From positions 93 to 64,092 of the forward strand of contig JAPOHG010000005.1 in the NCBI GenBank assembly GCA_029979565.1: a DNA stretch of 64,000 bases, written 5' to 3'. The notes beneath the pieces are model-generated. The model saw nothing but the letters and a program-made list of their open reading frames with translations. It was not told the origin of the DNA and did not search any database. Of the stretch, positions 45,022 through 55,201 are shown piece after piece (position 1 is the first letter of the stretch; each line of letters begins with the position of its first letter). This stretch comes from a bacterium (GTDB taxonomy: Bacteria > Bacteroidota > Bacteroidia > Flavobacteriales_D > Sanyastnellaceae). The position numbers and the translations under genes were made by a program.

Positions 45022-46410
45022 ATGCTCATCACATCCATTTCTGGCATCCGAGGAACCATAGGCGGGGCTCCCGGACAAGGTCTGACTCCCCCTGATGTTG
45101 TCAAATTCGCCACCGGATACGCCCAGTGGATCCGAGAGGCGACTGGAAACGACCGTCCAATCGTTGTGGTGGGGCGGGATGCGCGTTTGAGTGGAGAGTT
45201 GGTAAGGGATTTGCTCGTGGGAACCCTGAATGCCGCGGGCGTGGATGTGATTGACCTAGGCCTTAGTACCACGCCGACGGTCGAATTGGCCGTCCCCGTG
45301 GAGCAAGCTGACGGCGGCATCATTTTGACTGCGAGCCACAACCCGCGGCAATGGAATGCTTTGAAACTGCTGGATGCGACCGGTGAGTTTCTGAGTGCAT
45401 CTGCAGGTGAGCGGGTGTTGGAACTCGCCGCGAATCCTGCGGAATATGCGGACGTGGATGCCATTGGTCGCGTGAGTCAACGAACCGATTGGATGCATCG
45501 GCACGTCGAACATGCCTTGGCCTTGGACCTGGTGGATGCCGAGGCGGTGCGTGCGCAAGGATTCAAGGTGGCTGTGGATGCCGTAAACTCCAGTGGCGGC
45601 ATCATCTTGCCCATGCTGCTTGAGGCCCTTGGGTGCGAAGTGGTCAAGGTCCACTGTGAGCCTACGGGGCAGTTCGCGCACAACCCCGAGCCACTGCCGG
45701 CCCACTTGACAGACCTCTGTGATGCGGTCGTGACGGCGGGCTGTGACCTCGGCATCAGTGTGGATCCCGATGTGGATCGACTGGCTTTTGTGGCCGAAGA
45801 CGGAAGTTGGTTTGGCGAAGAGTACACCTTGGTCGCTGTCGCCGACTACGTCCTGAGCAAAACCCCGGGAAATACCGTCAGCAACATGAGCTCAACGCGC
45901 GCCCTGCGCCAGGTCACCGAAGCCCGTGGCGGACAATACACGGCAAGCGCAGTGGGCGAAGTGAACGTGGTGAAGGCCATCAAGGAGACAGGCGCAATCA
46001 TCGGTGGCGAAGGCAATGGGGGCGTTATCTACCCGGCATCGCATTGCGGACGGGACGCGGTGGTCGGAACGGCCTTGTTCTTGACGCAACTCGCTGCCTC
46101 GGGCGAGCGCGTCAGTGCCCTGAGGAGGTCTTTCCCGGACTGGTTCATGTCCAAGGACAAGCTCGCCTTACCGGCCGTTGATGTCGACCGCGCATTGCAG
46201 CAGTTGATGGCTGCGCATCCCGAGGCGGAGGTGAATACAATTGATGGGGTGAAATTCGATTTGGAAGAAGGGTGGGTTCACTTGCGGAAATCGAATACAG
46301 AACCCATCATACGCGTGTATGCCGAAGCAGCCTCACCCGAAGCTGCAGCCGAATTGGGCGGAAGGTTCAAAAGCGAATTGCAGGGCTTGTTGAGCGCTTT
46401 GGAGGATTAA
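45022..46410 (+). CDS. glmM: phosphoglucosamine mutase
   Basis: ISGIRG..., ILTASHNPRQWNALKL (phosphoserine loop), GISVDPDVDR (Mg site), GGEGNGG. Confidence 0.88.
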   Translation: MLITSISGIRGTIGGAPGQGLTPPDVVKFATGYAQWIREATGNDRPIVVVGRDARLSGELVRDLLVGTLNAAGVDVIDLGLSTTPTVELAVPVEQADGGIILTASHNPRQWNALKLLDATGEFLSASAGERVLELAANPAEYADVDAIGRVSQRTDWMHRHVEHALALDLVDAEAVRAQGFKVAVDAVNSSGGIILPMLLEALGCEVVKVHCEPTGQFAHNPEPLPAHLTDLCDAVVTAGCDLGISVDPDVDRLAFVAEDGSWFGEEYTLVAVADYVLSKTPGNTVSNMSSTRALRQVTEARGGQYTASAVGEVNVVKAIKETGAIIGGEGNGGVIYPASHCGRDAVVGTALFLTQLAASGERVSALRRSFPDWFMSKDKLALPAVDVDRALQQLMAAHPEAEVNTIDGVKFDLEEGWVHLRKSNTEPIIRVYAEAASPEAAAELGGRFKSELQGLLSALED

Positions 46411-46448
46411 ACTAAAAAGGTGCATTTTTGCGTTCCTGACCCTGCGCA

Positions 46449-47579
46449 ATGAACGTATACCTGGATAACGCCGCGACCACAGCCGTCGCTCCGGAAGTGG
46501 TGGAAGCCATGGTGCCCGTTTTGCAGGAAAACTATGGCAATCCCTCTTCGAGCCATGCCGCTGGACGCAAGTCCCGGGTGCTGATTGAACAGAGCCGCCG
46601 CAGGGTAGCCAATCACCTCCATTGCCACCCGAGCTGCATTTACTTCACGTCGGGGGGGACGGAAGCGGACAACCTCGCTTTGCGCAGTGGGGTTCGGGAC
46701 TTGGGGTGCACGCGCATCATCACTTCAGAGGCCGAACACAGCGCTGTCATCAAAACCGCGCAATCCCTCGAGCGAAACGAAGGCACAAAGCTTGATTTGG
46801 TGCGTCATTTACCGGATGGCAAAGTAGACCTTGACCACCTCCAGACCCTGTTGGCGAAAGGCGGCAAGACCATGGTCAGCCTGATGCATGCCAACAATGA
46901 AGTGGCGGTCATCCAGGACCTGAATCGCATTGGCGAGATGTGCCGCGAAGCCGGGGCGCTGTTTCACACCGACACGGTGCAGACGATGTGCCATTATGCC
47001 TTCAATTTGGAGGTTTTGCCAGTGGATTTTATCACCTGCTCGGCGCACAAATTTCACGGTCCGAAAGGCGTTGGATTTTTGTATATCCGCAAAGGCCTCA
47101 AGTTAAAAGGCCAAATCGAAGGAGGCAGCCAAGAACGCGCGGTGCGCGGAGGAACGGAGAGTACACATAACATTGTTGGACTCGCCACAGCGATGGACTT
47201 GGCGTATGCCGATCTCCCCTCGCACCAAGAACATGTGCGCGCGCTCAAGGCACAGATGGTCAAAGGCCTCATGGACGCCATCCCCGGCGTACGGTTCAAT
47301 GGCAACTCGGACAGCTCCGAAGGCCTTTACACCGTGTTGAATGTTTCATTTCCGCCGCACCCCAAGTCGGGCATGGCCTTGTTCCTGCTGGATCTGGAGG
47401 GGGTTGCATGCTCGGGTGGAAGTGCCTGCTCGAGTGGTGCCACGCTCGGATCCCATGTGTTAAGGGCGTTGGAATTCCACGATCCGCAACGGGCGAGCTT
47501 GCGGTTTTCATTTGGTCGGTACAACACCGCTGAAGAGGTGGACTACGCCATTGCCGCCATCCGCCGCGTATTCGCCTGA
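46449..47579 (+). CDS. cysteine desulfurase (NifS/IscS class)
   Basis: YLDNAATT, SGGTEADNLAL, CSAHKFHGPKGVGFLY (PLP lysine), GSACSSG catalytic Cys loop. Confidence 0.88.
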   Translation: MNVYLDNAATTAVAPEVVEAMVPVLQENYGNPSSSHAAGRKSRVLIEQSRRRVANHLHCHPSCIYFTSGGTEADNLALRSGVRDLGCTRIITSEAEHSAVIKTAQSLERNEGTKLDLVRHLPDGKVDLDHLQTLLAKGGKTMVSLMHANNEVAVIQDLNRIGEMCREAGALFHTDTVQTMCHYAFNLEVLPVDFITCSAHKFHGPKGVGFLYIRKGLKLKGQIEGGSQERAVRGGTESTHNIVGLATAMDLAYADLPSHQEHVRALKAQMVKGLMDAIPGVRFNGNSDSSEGLYTVLNVSFPPHPKSGMALFLLDLEGVACSGGSACSSGATLGSHVLRALEFHDPQRASLRFSFGRYNTAEEVDYAIAAIRRVFA

Positions 47580-47671
47580 CCCCCGGTTCGTTCTATTTTC
47601 TCATCGGTTTCCAGCCGGAGTACTTTTATAGTCCCGTTCTGCGGCCTAATTTCGGACCTCGACCAATTCAC

Positions 47672-49213
47672 ATGGCACTTAACGCTGCATTTCGTTGGTT
47701 CATCCGCAAGAGAATGATGAACATTGAGCGGGTCCGTTCGCGGCCGGTTGAATTGCAGCGTCACCTTTTCAATCGATTGCTCCTCGAAGGCAAGGGGACG
47801 GCATTTGGAGCCGAACACGGATTTGGCAGCGTGCGCTCCCTGCGCGAATTCCAGCGCCAAGTTCCCATCCGAACGTACGATGAATTCAAACCTTATATCC
47901 AACGCGCTCAGCAAGGAGAGTTGGGGGTGCTGTGGCCTGGAGAGGCTCGTTGGTTTGCGAAGAGTTCCGGCACCAGCTCCGATCGCAGCAAGTTCCTGCC
48001 GGTCACGGAGGCCTCGTTGAGAGGATGCCATTACAAGGGAGGCAAGGACTTGTTGGCCCTTTTTTGCGACCAGCGACCCCAGGCAGAGCTGTACGATGGC
48101 AAGCATTTAATCCTTGGAGGATCTTCGGCTTTGCACCAAAACGGTTCAGGAGGGTTCACCGGTGACCTCAGCGCGATCATTGTTCGGAACCTTCCGTTTT
48201 GGGTAGAAGCCCGCCGGACCCCGAGCCGTGAGATTGCGCTCATGGAGAACTGGGAGGAAAAGGTAGACGCGCTGGCCCGAGCGACGCTTCGTGAAGACGT
48301 TCGCATTTTGGCGGGGGTGCCCAGCTGGATGCTGGTGGTGGCCAAGCGGGTGCTGGAGATGTCGGGTGCTGACACCTTGGGTGAGGTCTGGCCAAATTTG
48401 CAGTTGTACATGCACGGCGGAGTCAGTTTCGAACCGTACCGCGCGGAATTTGATGCCTTGATTGGTGGGACACGCCTCCCGTTCGACTGCCTCGAAACCT
48501 ACAATGCCTCTGAAGGCTTTTTCGGTTTGCAGGACCGTTTGGACGCCAATGACCTGTTGATGATGCTCGACTACGGCATTTACTTCGAGTTTGTACCGAT
48601 GTCCGAGTGGGACACGGAGAACCCACGGGCGTTGGAATTGCGCGAAGTAGAAGTGGGAGAGGAGTATGCACTGGTGATATCTACCAACGCAGGCCTTTGG
48701 CGTTATGCGCTGGGGGACGTGGTGCGCATCACCGAAGTGCACCCGTTTCGGATGCAAGTGGTGGGTAGAACCACATCTTACTTGAATGCTTTTGGTGAGG
48801 AGGTGATGGTTGACCAGGCGGAGCGAGCCATTGCCGAAGCGAGTGCATTGGCCGGTGGCCACGTCCGGGATTACACAGCGGCTCCGGTGTTTATGAACCT
48901 CAAAGAAACCGGAGCGCACGAATGGTGCATCGAGTTTAGCAAGCCACCGGCAGGTGGAATGCAACTCTTCATGGAATGCTTGGACGCGTCGCTGCGCCGT
49001 CAGAATTCCGATTACGACGCCAAACGCACGGCTGAGTTGGCTTTGCGATTCCCCATCGGGCACTCCGTTGCACCGGGAGCATTTGATGAATGGCTGCAGT
49101 CCAAAGGCAAATTGGGTGGACAGCACAAAGTGCCGCGGCTGGCCAACGACCGGTCCATTGTGGACGCCTTGATGGATATGCAAAAGGAGGCGGAACAAGG
49201 CGAGTTGGCCTAA
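47672..49213 (+). CDS. GH3 auxin-responsive-promoter family (adenylating/amido-synthetase fold) protein
   Basis: WFAKSSGTSSDRSKFLPVT and YNASEGFFG are GH3-family hallmarks. Confidence 0.82.
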   Translation: MALNAAFRWFIRKRMMNIERVRSRPVELQRHLFNRLLLEGKGTAFGAEHGFGSVRSLREFQRQVPIRTYDEFKPYIQRAQQGELGVLWPGEARWFAKSSGTSSDRSKFLPVTEASLRGCHYKGGKDLLALFCDQRPQAELYDGKHLILGGSSALHQNGSGGFTGDLSAIIVRNLPFWVEARRTPSREIALMENWEEKVDALARATLREDVRILAGVPSWMLVVAKRVLEMSGADTLGEVWPNLQLYMHGGVSFEPYRAEFDALIGGTRLPFDCLETYNASEGFFGLQDRLDANDLLMMLDYGIYFEFVPMSEWDTENPRALELREVEVGEEYALVISTNAGLWRYALGDVVRITEVHPFRMQVVGRTTSYLNAFGEEVMVDQAERAIAEASALAGGHVRDYTAAPVFMNLKETGAHEWCIEFSKPPAGGMQLFMECLDASLRRQNSDYDAKRTAELALRFPIGHSVAPGAFDEWLQSKGKLGGQHKVPRLANDRSIVDALMDMQKEAEQGELA

Positions 49214-49310
49214 CAACGCACCGTTGATTCCATGTGGGGGACCTGTTGAAAACCCGGTTTTCGTTCCGATGGAAATGGGCCTATTTTGCACCTTCAACGA
49301 AGCCAGAATT

Positions 49311-49928
49311 ATGCACATTGCCATCGCCGGAAACATCGGGTCGGGAAAGACCACGCTGACTACGCTCCTCGCAAAACACTACCGTTACGAGCCTCATTTT
49401 GAGCAAGTGGATGACAATCCGTATTTGAATGATTTCTACAAGGACATGCAACGCTGGTCGTTCAATTTGCAGGTGTTCTTTTTGAGATCCCGTTTTGCGC
49501 AATTGGCTGAACTGCAGGAGAGCGGGAAGAAGGTCATCCAGGACCGAACCATTTATGAAGACGCTCACATCTTTGCGCCGAACCTGCACGCCATGGGCTT
49601 GATGAGTTCACGTGACTTTCAGAATTACCTCGACTTGTTCCAGTTGATGGAGCGGTTCATCTCGCCACCAGATCTGATGATTTACTTGCGCGCTTCCGTT
49701 CCGAAGCTCGTGGAGAACATTCAAAAGCGAGGTCGGGACTACGAGGAGGCCATTCGCTTGGATTACCTCAATCGACTCAATGAGCGTTACGAGGCGTGGA
49801 TCAGCACATACAGCTCCGGCAAACTTCTCGTCATTGACGTGGACAGCAACCGCTTTCACGAAAACAAGGAAGACCTTGGCATGGTCATCGAAGGCGTTGA
49901 TGCCGAGCTGCACGGCTTGTTTGTCTGA
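49311..49928 (+). CDS. deoxynucleoside kinase
   Basis: MHIAIAGNIGSGKTTL P-loop, QDRTIYED, LRASV lid. Start trimmed to ATG 49311. Confidence 0.88.
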   Translation: MHIAIAGNIGSGKTTLTTLLAKHYRYEPHFEQVDDNPYLNDFYKDMQRWSFNLQVFFLRSRFAQLAELQESGKKVIQDRTIYEDAHIFAPNLHAMGLMSSRDFQNYLDLFQLMERFISPPDLMIYLRASVPKLVENIQKRGRDYEEAIRLDYLNRLNERYEAWISTYSSGKLLVIDVDSNRFHENKEDLGMVIEGVDAELHGLFV

Positions 49929-49978
49929 GCTGACTGGAAGGCATCGCTCTCGTACAATAAGGGGCGAATACAGGCACG

Positions 49979-50010
49979 AAAAAAGGGACTCCAACTGGAG
50001 TCCCTTTTTT
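49979..50010. terminator. bidirectional rho-independent terminator between convergent dNK and PPase genes
   Basis: A6-GGGACTCC-aact-GGAGTCCC-T6. Confidence 0.85.
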
Positions 50011-50026
50011 ATGGATTGAAGAACCG

Positions 50027-52306
50027 TTAGTCTGCAGATCCTTCCGCGTCGATTTCGATGACATGTGCGGTAGGCGAGGCTTCCGCTTCCGCTTGCACTT
50101 CGATGGCCTCACCGTGGCCGTTGCCGTTTTCACTTCCGTGTCCGCCGAGGATGGGAGCGATGACGAGGCCAACAAGGCACGTCAGCTTGATGAGGATGTT
50201 CATGGAAGGACCGCTCGTGTCTTTGAAAGGGTCACCAACCGTGTCTCCTGTTACAGCTGCTTTGTGCGCATCAGAACCCTTGAAGGTCATTTTACCGTCA
50301 ATTTCCACGCCTGCTTCGAATGACTTCTTGGCATTGTCCCATGCACCGCCTGCGTTGTTTTGGAAGATTGCCCAGAGAACACCTGAGACGGTTACGCCGG
50401 CCATGTAGCCACCCAACGTCTCGGCTGCCCATTCATTCGGCATGCCAAACAGCAAGGGCAACAGACCAATGACCAAAGGGAAGATGATGGTCATCGCGCC
50501 TGGCAACATCATTTCACGCAATGCAGCCTGGGTGGAGATGTCAACACACTTTCCGTATTCAGGGGTGCCTGTGCCTTCCATGATGCCTGGAATTTCCTTG
50601 AACTGGCGTCGCACTTCTTTCACCATCTCCATGGCAGCCTTTCCTACACTGTTCATTGCCAAGGCAGAGAAAACGACAGGTACCATTCCACCGATGAACA
50701 AGGCAGCAAGAACGTTTGCCTTGAAAATGTTGATGCCGTCAATCCCAGTGAATTCGACGTAAGCGGCGAACAATGCGAGGGCAGTCAATGCTGCTGAGGC
50801 AATGGCGAATCCTTTACCAATAGCGGCCGTTGTGTTGCCCACTGAATCCAAAATATCCGTGCGCTCACGCACTTCTTCCGGAAGCTCACTCATCTCAGCG
50901 ATGCCGCCCGCATTGTCGGCGATCGGCCCGAAAGCGTCAATGGCAAGTTGCATGGCGGTTGTTGCCATCATTGCAGAAGCTGCGATTGCAACACCATAGA
51001 ATCCAGCGAAAGCATACGCCGTGTAGATGGCCGTTGCAAAAAGGAGAATGGGGCCGAATGTCGAAATCATGCCGGTTGCAAGGCCAGCAATGATGTTCGT
51101 CGCGGCACCGGTTGAAGACTTCTGGACAATATCCAGGACAGGCTTCTTACCCAATCCGGTGAAGTGTTCGGTCATGTAGCTGATGACACCTCCGACGATG
51201 AGTCCGACAATCACGGCGTAAAAAACATCCATCGGGGTAAAGACGATGGCGTCTGCACCTCCGATTTCACTCATCTGCATGGTCGCGGGAAGCATCCAAG
51301 TAATCAGTGCGTACGACGCAACAGCCGTCATCAAAATGGATCCCCAGTTGCCGCGGTTCAGTGCAGCTTGAACATCGCTCTCTTTCGCTCCGTCATTCAC
51401 GCGAATCATCATGCCACCGAGGATGGAAAAGACGATCCCCAAGGCAGCGATGATCAAGGGAAGCAAAATCGTCGATTGGCCACCAAAATTGTCTTCCAAT
51501 CCACCGGTACCTCGGATTACGGCATTGCCCAACACCATGGCAGCCAAAACCGTTGCGACGTAGGAGCCGAACAAATCGGCGCCCATGCCTGCTACATCAC
51601 CGACGTTATCACCAACATTGTCAGCGATGGTTGCGGGGTTGCGTGGGTCATCCTCAGGGATACCCGCTTCGACCTTCCCCACCAAGTCAGCGCCGACGTC
51701 GGCGGCCTTCGTGTAGATGCCTCCACCGACACGCGCAAAAAGCGCAATGGACTCCGCTCCCAGTGAGAACCCGGCTAGCGCTTCCAACACCACGGTCATT
51801 TGGTCCACACTTGAAGTGATGTCAGGAGCCAAATTCATTCCGAGCAACAAAATGAACAGCACGCTCAATCCGAAGACTGCCAGACCGGCAACCCCAAGTC
51901 CCATGACCATGCCGCCCGTGAAGGAGACCTTTAGGCCTTGAGCCAGCGACGTGCGTGCCGCTTGGGTGGTGCGAACATTCGCTTGGGTAGCAATCCGCAT
52001 GCCCACGTTTCCAGCCAATGCGGAGAATACCGCACCAATGACAAATGCGACGACGATGAACCAATGCGTGGTCGGCACAATGGTCGATACAAAACCGAGC
52101 AGTGCGCCAGCAATAACAACGAACACCGCGAGGATGCGGTACTCTGCGCGGAGGAAGGCCAATGCACCTTCGTGAATGTGATTGGCGATTTCAGCCATTC
52201 GGGCTTCGCCGGCATCCTGCTTGCGAACCCAAGCAGATTGCACGGCCATGACGAGCAATCCCAAGACGGCGATTGCAGGTACTGAATAAAGCAGCGTTTG
52301 ATCCAT
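50027..52306 (-). CDS. hppA: membrane-bound ion-translocating pyrophosphatase
   Basis: [38 protein letters not shown] hallmarks; 759 aa with an extra acidic/His-Gly C-terminal tail. Confidence 0.93.
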   Translation of the reverse strand: MDQTLLYSVPAIAVLGLLVMAVQSAWVRKQDAGEARMAEIANHIHEGALAFLRAEYRILAVFVVIAGALLGFVSTIVPTTHWFIVVAFVIGAVFSALAGNVGMRIATQANVRTTQAARTSLAQGLKVSFTGGMVMGLGVAGLAVFGLSVLFILLLGMNLAPDITSSVDQMTVVLEALAGFSLGAESIALFARVGGGIYTKAADVGADLVGKVEAGIPEDDPRNPATIADNVGDNVGDVAGMGADLFGSYVATVLAAMVLGNAVIRGTGGLEDNFGGQSTILLPLIIAALGIVFSILGGMMIRVNDGAKESDVQAALNRGNWGSILMTAVASYALITWMLPATMQMSEIGGADAIVFTPMDVFYAVIVGLIVGGVISYMTEHFTGLGKKPVLDIVQKSSTGAATNIIAGLATGMISTFGPILLFATAIYTAYAFAGFYGVAIAASAMMATTAMQLAIDAFGPIADNAGGIAEMSELPEEVRERTDILDSVGNTTAAIGKGFAIASAALTALALFAAYVEFTGIDGINIFKANVLAALFIGGMVPVVFSALAMNSVGKAAMEMVKEVRRQFKEIPGIMEGTGTPEYGKCVDISTQAALREMMLPGAMTIIFPLVIGLLPLLFGMPNEWAAETLGGYMAGVTVSGVLWAIFQNNAGGAWDNAKKSFEAGVEIDGKMTFKGSDAHKAAVTGDTVGDPFKDTSGPSMNILIKLTCLVGLVIAPILGGHGSENGNGHGEAIEVQAEAEASPTAHVIEIDAEGSAD

Positions 52307-52358
52307 AATTGATTGTGTATGCGCGTGTTCGCGCTGTTGTTTCGGGTTAATTCTTCGC

Positions 52359-53339
52359 TTACGCGACGTAAGCTACGCTTTTTACGGCCTCCATGATGTC
52401 CTTCACTTGTGGAAGGGCTTCTTCGATAAGGGGAGGGGAGAATGCAAAAGGGGTATCGGACTGGCACAAACGCACGACCGGTGCGTCGAGGTAGTCAAAG
52501 GCGTTGCGCTGGACGCGATAAGCCACCTCAGAGCTGATGCTCGCCACGGGGAAACTCTCTTCAACAATGACCAGTCGGTTGGTCTTCTTGATGCTCTCGA
52601 TGATGGTGTCCAGATCCAGGGGGCGGATGGTCACGAGGTCGATGATTTCGACTTCGATGCCTTCCTTGGCCAATTCGTCGGCGGCAGCGTGTACCGTCTT
52701 CAAGATTTTTCCAAAAGACACAATGGTCACAGCGTCGCCTTTGCGGCGGATGTTCGCTTTTCCGATCGGAACCAAGAATTCACCTTCCGGAATCAACCCT
52801 TTGTCTCCGTACATTTTCTCGCTTTCCATGATCAGGACCGGGTCGTCATCGCGGATGGCGGACTTCAAGAGACCTTTGGCTTCATAGGGTGTAAAGGGCG
52901 TGACCACTTTCAAGCCGGGAATGGATGCGTACATGGATTCGAACGACTGGCTGTGCGTGGCCGCCAACTGCCCAGCCGTCCCGTTGGGACCGCGGAAAAC
53001 GATGGGCACGTTGTATTGTCCACCGCTCATCTGCAGCATCTTCGCGGCGTGGTTGATGATCTGGTCTGCGGCCAAAATGGCGAAGTTCCACGTCATGAAT
53101 TCAACGATGGGGCGAAGGCCGTTCATGGCCGCACCAACGGCGATGCTGGAGAAACCGAGCTCGGCAATCGGCGTGTCAATCACGCGTTCGGGACCGAATT
53201 CATCAAGCATTCCTTTGGAAGCTTTGTAAGCGCCGTTGTATTCGGCGACTTCTTCTCCCATCAAAAAGACATTCTTGTCCCTTCGCATTTCCTCGCTCAT
53301 GGCTTCCGCCACGGCTTCTCTAAATTGTACCTCGCGCAT
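52359..53339 (-). CDS. pdhB: pyruvate/2-oxoacid dehydrogenase E1 component beta subunit
   Basis: FLMGEEVAEYNGAYKASKGM..., DTPIAELGF; transketolase-like pyrimidine and C-terminal domains; 326 aa. Confidence 0.9.
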   Translation of the reverse strand: MREVQFREAVAEAMSEEMRRDKNVFLMGEEVAEYNGAYKASKGMLDEFGPERVIDTPIAELGFSSIAVGAAMNGLRPIVEFMTWNFAILAADQIINHAAKMLQMSGGQYNVPIVFRGPNGTAGQLAATHSQSFESMYASIPGLKVVTPFTPYEAKGLLKSAIRDDDPVLIMESEKMYGDKGLIPEGEFLVPIGKANIRRKGDAVTIVSFGKILKTVHAAADELAKEGIEVEIIDLVTIRPLDLDTIIESIKKTNRLVIVEESFPVASISSEVAYRVQRNAFDYLDAPVVRLCQSDTPFAFSPPLIEEALPQVKDIMEAVKSVAYVA

Positions 53340-53362
53340 GCGTGTTTACTTGAATTGGTCGG

Positions 53363-53370
53363 CAAAGATA
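53363..53370 (-). promoter_or_regulatory. -7 promoter box (TAtcTTTG on the minus strand) upstream of pdhB
   Basis: Plus strand CAAAGATA, 23 nt upstream of the ATG at 53339. Confidence 0.45.
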
Positions 53371-53464
53371 AGTCAACAAAGAAAGCAATAAAACCTTCGA
53401 CTGCTCCTGCAAAAAAATCTATGCATGCATAGGAAATTTCCGTCGATTTTGGGCGGCGACTGCC

Positions 53465-53472
53465 TACCTTTG
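53465..53472 (+). promoter_or_regulatory. -7 promoter box (TAccTTTG) 4 nt upstream of the etfB ATG
   Basis: TGCCTACCTTTG-aagc-ATG. The same TGCCTACCTTTG 12-mer recurs at 55174-55185. Confidence 0.5.
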
Positions 53473-53476
53473 AAGC

Positions 53477-54214
53477 ATGAAATTACTTGTCTGCATCAGC
53501 CAAGCCCCAGACACGACAAGCCGCATCGCGTTCACCAACGATGACCGCGAGTTCGACGCCAACGGGGTGCAATACATCGTGAATCCTTACGATGAATGGT
53601 ATGCGTTGGTACGCGCCATTGAATTGAAGGAACAGCAAGGCGGCACTGTGACTACGATCACGGTCGGTGGTGCCCAATGCGATCCGACCATCCGCAAGGC
53701 GCTGGCCATCGGTGCCGATGATGCGGTGCGCATTGACAGCGAACCCACCGATGCCATGCAGGTGGCGCGCCTCATCGCAGGATACGCCAACGGCAAAGAC
53801 TACGACGTCATCCTATGCGGCAAAGAAACCATCGACCACAACGGCGCAGTTGTTCCGGCCATGTTAGCGGAGATGCTTGACTGCGGCTTTATCGCCAACG
53901 CGACCCATTTGGATGTAAACGGTACAGAAGCCAAGGTGAAGCGCGAGGCAGCAGGAGGCGAGGAGAACGTCACCGTTCAGTTGCCGCTGGTGCTGAGCGC
54001 GGCGAAAGGAATGGCAGAACAGCGCATTCCCAATATGCGCGGCATCATGTCGGCGCGAACCAAGCCGCTTACCGTTGAGACGGCCGCGGCGGAAAGTGGA
54101 TCGCGCATTGAGCGATTCACCTTGCCTCCAGAAAAGGGAGCTTGCAAAATCATCGATGCAGAAAACGCCGGTGAACTCATTCGTTTGCTTCGGGAAGAAG
54201 CCAAAGTCATCTAA
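53477..54214 (+). CDS. etfB: electron transfer flavoprotein beta subunit
   Basis: MKLLVCISQAPDTTS...NPYDEWALVRA-type pattern; 245 aa, followed by etfA. Confidence 0.92.
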   Translation: MKLLVCISQAPDTTSRIAFTNDDREFDANGVQYIVNPYDEWYALVRAIELKEQQGGTVTTITVGGAQCDPTIRKALAIGADDAVRIDSEPTDAMQVARLIAGYANGKDYDVILCGKETIDHNGAVVPAMLAEMLDCGFIANATHLDVNGTEAKVKREAAGGEENVTVQLPLVLSAAKGMAEQRIPNMRGIMSARTKPLTVETAAAESGSRIERFTLPPEKGACKIIDAENAGELIRLLREEAKVI

Positions 54215-54217
54215 GCC

Positions 54218-55162
54218 ATGTCAGTACTAGCCATCATCAACACCCAGAATGGTGCCGCAACCAAAAGCGGCCTGGAAACAGCGAGTTATGCAGCCGGATT
54301 GGCCGCGCAGCTTGGAACGGATGCGGTCGGCGTGGTTGCCGGACCGCTGAACAGTGCGGATGCCATCGGAGCTGCTGGGGTCACGCGAACCCTGCAATAC
54401 GATACCGCTGTCCACGACAGTGGCCAGTGGGCCAAACTCGCCACCGCTGCCGCGGAGGCTGCAGGGGCGACGCACGTTGTATGCGGTCACGATCATTTCG
54501 GGCGAGCCGTCGCTCCCCGCGTAGCCGTTCGCTTGAACGCCGGCCTGGTAGCTGGTGTTACCCACCTGCCCGAATCAGGCACGGTGCGCAAAAACGTATT
54601 TTCTGGCAAAGCCATGGCAGACGTCGCCGTGACCACAGAAAAAGCAGTCTATACGGTAACGCCGAACGCATTTGGTGTTGCAACAGACGGTTCAACCACT
54701 TCAGTGGAAGCCTTCAGTGCGGATCTCGGTGCCGCCCGAGAGACCGTTACCGGATTCGAATCGGCGAGTGGAGACGGTCAGGTGCCGCTTCCGGAAGCCG
54801 AGCTCGTGGTAAGTGCCGGCCGTGGATTGAAAGGACCGGAGAATTGGGGCATCGTCGAAGAGTTGGCAACTGCACTCGGTGCCACGACGGCTTGTTCTCG
54901 GCCCGTATCGGACATCGGTTGGCGTCCGCACCATGAGCACGTAGGACAGACGGGCATCACCATCCGCCCAAACCTGTACATCGCAGCGGGAATTTCCGGC
55001 GCCATCCAGCACCTTGCTGGGGTGAACCAATCGAAAACCATTGTGGTCATCAACACCGATCCGGAGGCGCCGTTCTTCAAGGCAGCGGATTATGGCATTG
55101 TTGGTGATGCGTTCGAAGTGTTGCCTAAGCTGACCGCTGCGGTGCATGCACTTGATAGTTGA
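54218..55162 (+). CDS. etfA: electron transfer flavoprotein alpha subunit
   Basis: C-terminal FAD-binding LYIAAGISGAIQHLAGV...IVVINTDPEAPFF. Confidence 0.92.
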   Translation: MSVLAIINTQNGAATKSGLETASYAAGLAAQLGTDAVGVVAGPLNSADAIGAAGVTRTLQYDTAVHDSGQWAKLATAAAEAAGATHVVCGHDHFGRAVAPRVAVRLNAGLVAGVTHLPESGTVRKNVFSGKAMADVAVTTEKAVYTVTPNAFGVATDGSTTSVEAFSADLGAARETVTGFESASGDGQVPLPEAELVVSAGRGLKGPENWGIVEELATALGATTACSRPVSDIGWRPHHEHVGQTGITIRPNLYIAAGISGAIQHLAGVNQSKTIVVINTDPEAPFFKAADYGIVGDAFEVLPKLTAAVHALDS

Positions 55163-55177
55163 TGCTCGTTCCGTGCC

Positions 55178-55185
55178 TACCTTTG
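55178..55185 (+). promoter_or_regulatory. -7 promoter box (TAccTTTG) upstream of the bifunctional nuclease gene
   Basis: TGCCTACCTTTGTAGCA, 16 nt upstream of the ATG at 55202. Confidence 0.5.
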
Positions 55186-55201
55186 TAGCAATTCCCGCGG
55201 A

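Noticed and set aside
48146-49354. 402-aa minus-strand ORF
   Set aside because: Antisense to the GH3-family gene and the dNK upstream region; no motifs; a shadow ORF.
52407-53432. 341-aa plus-strand ORF
   Set aside because: Antisense to pdhB, which is clearly real. It also runs through the pdhB promoter region.
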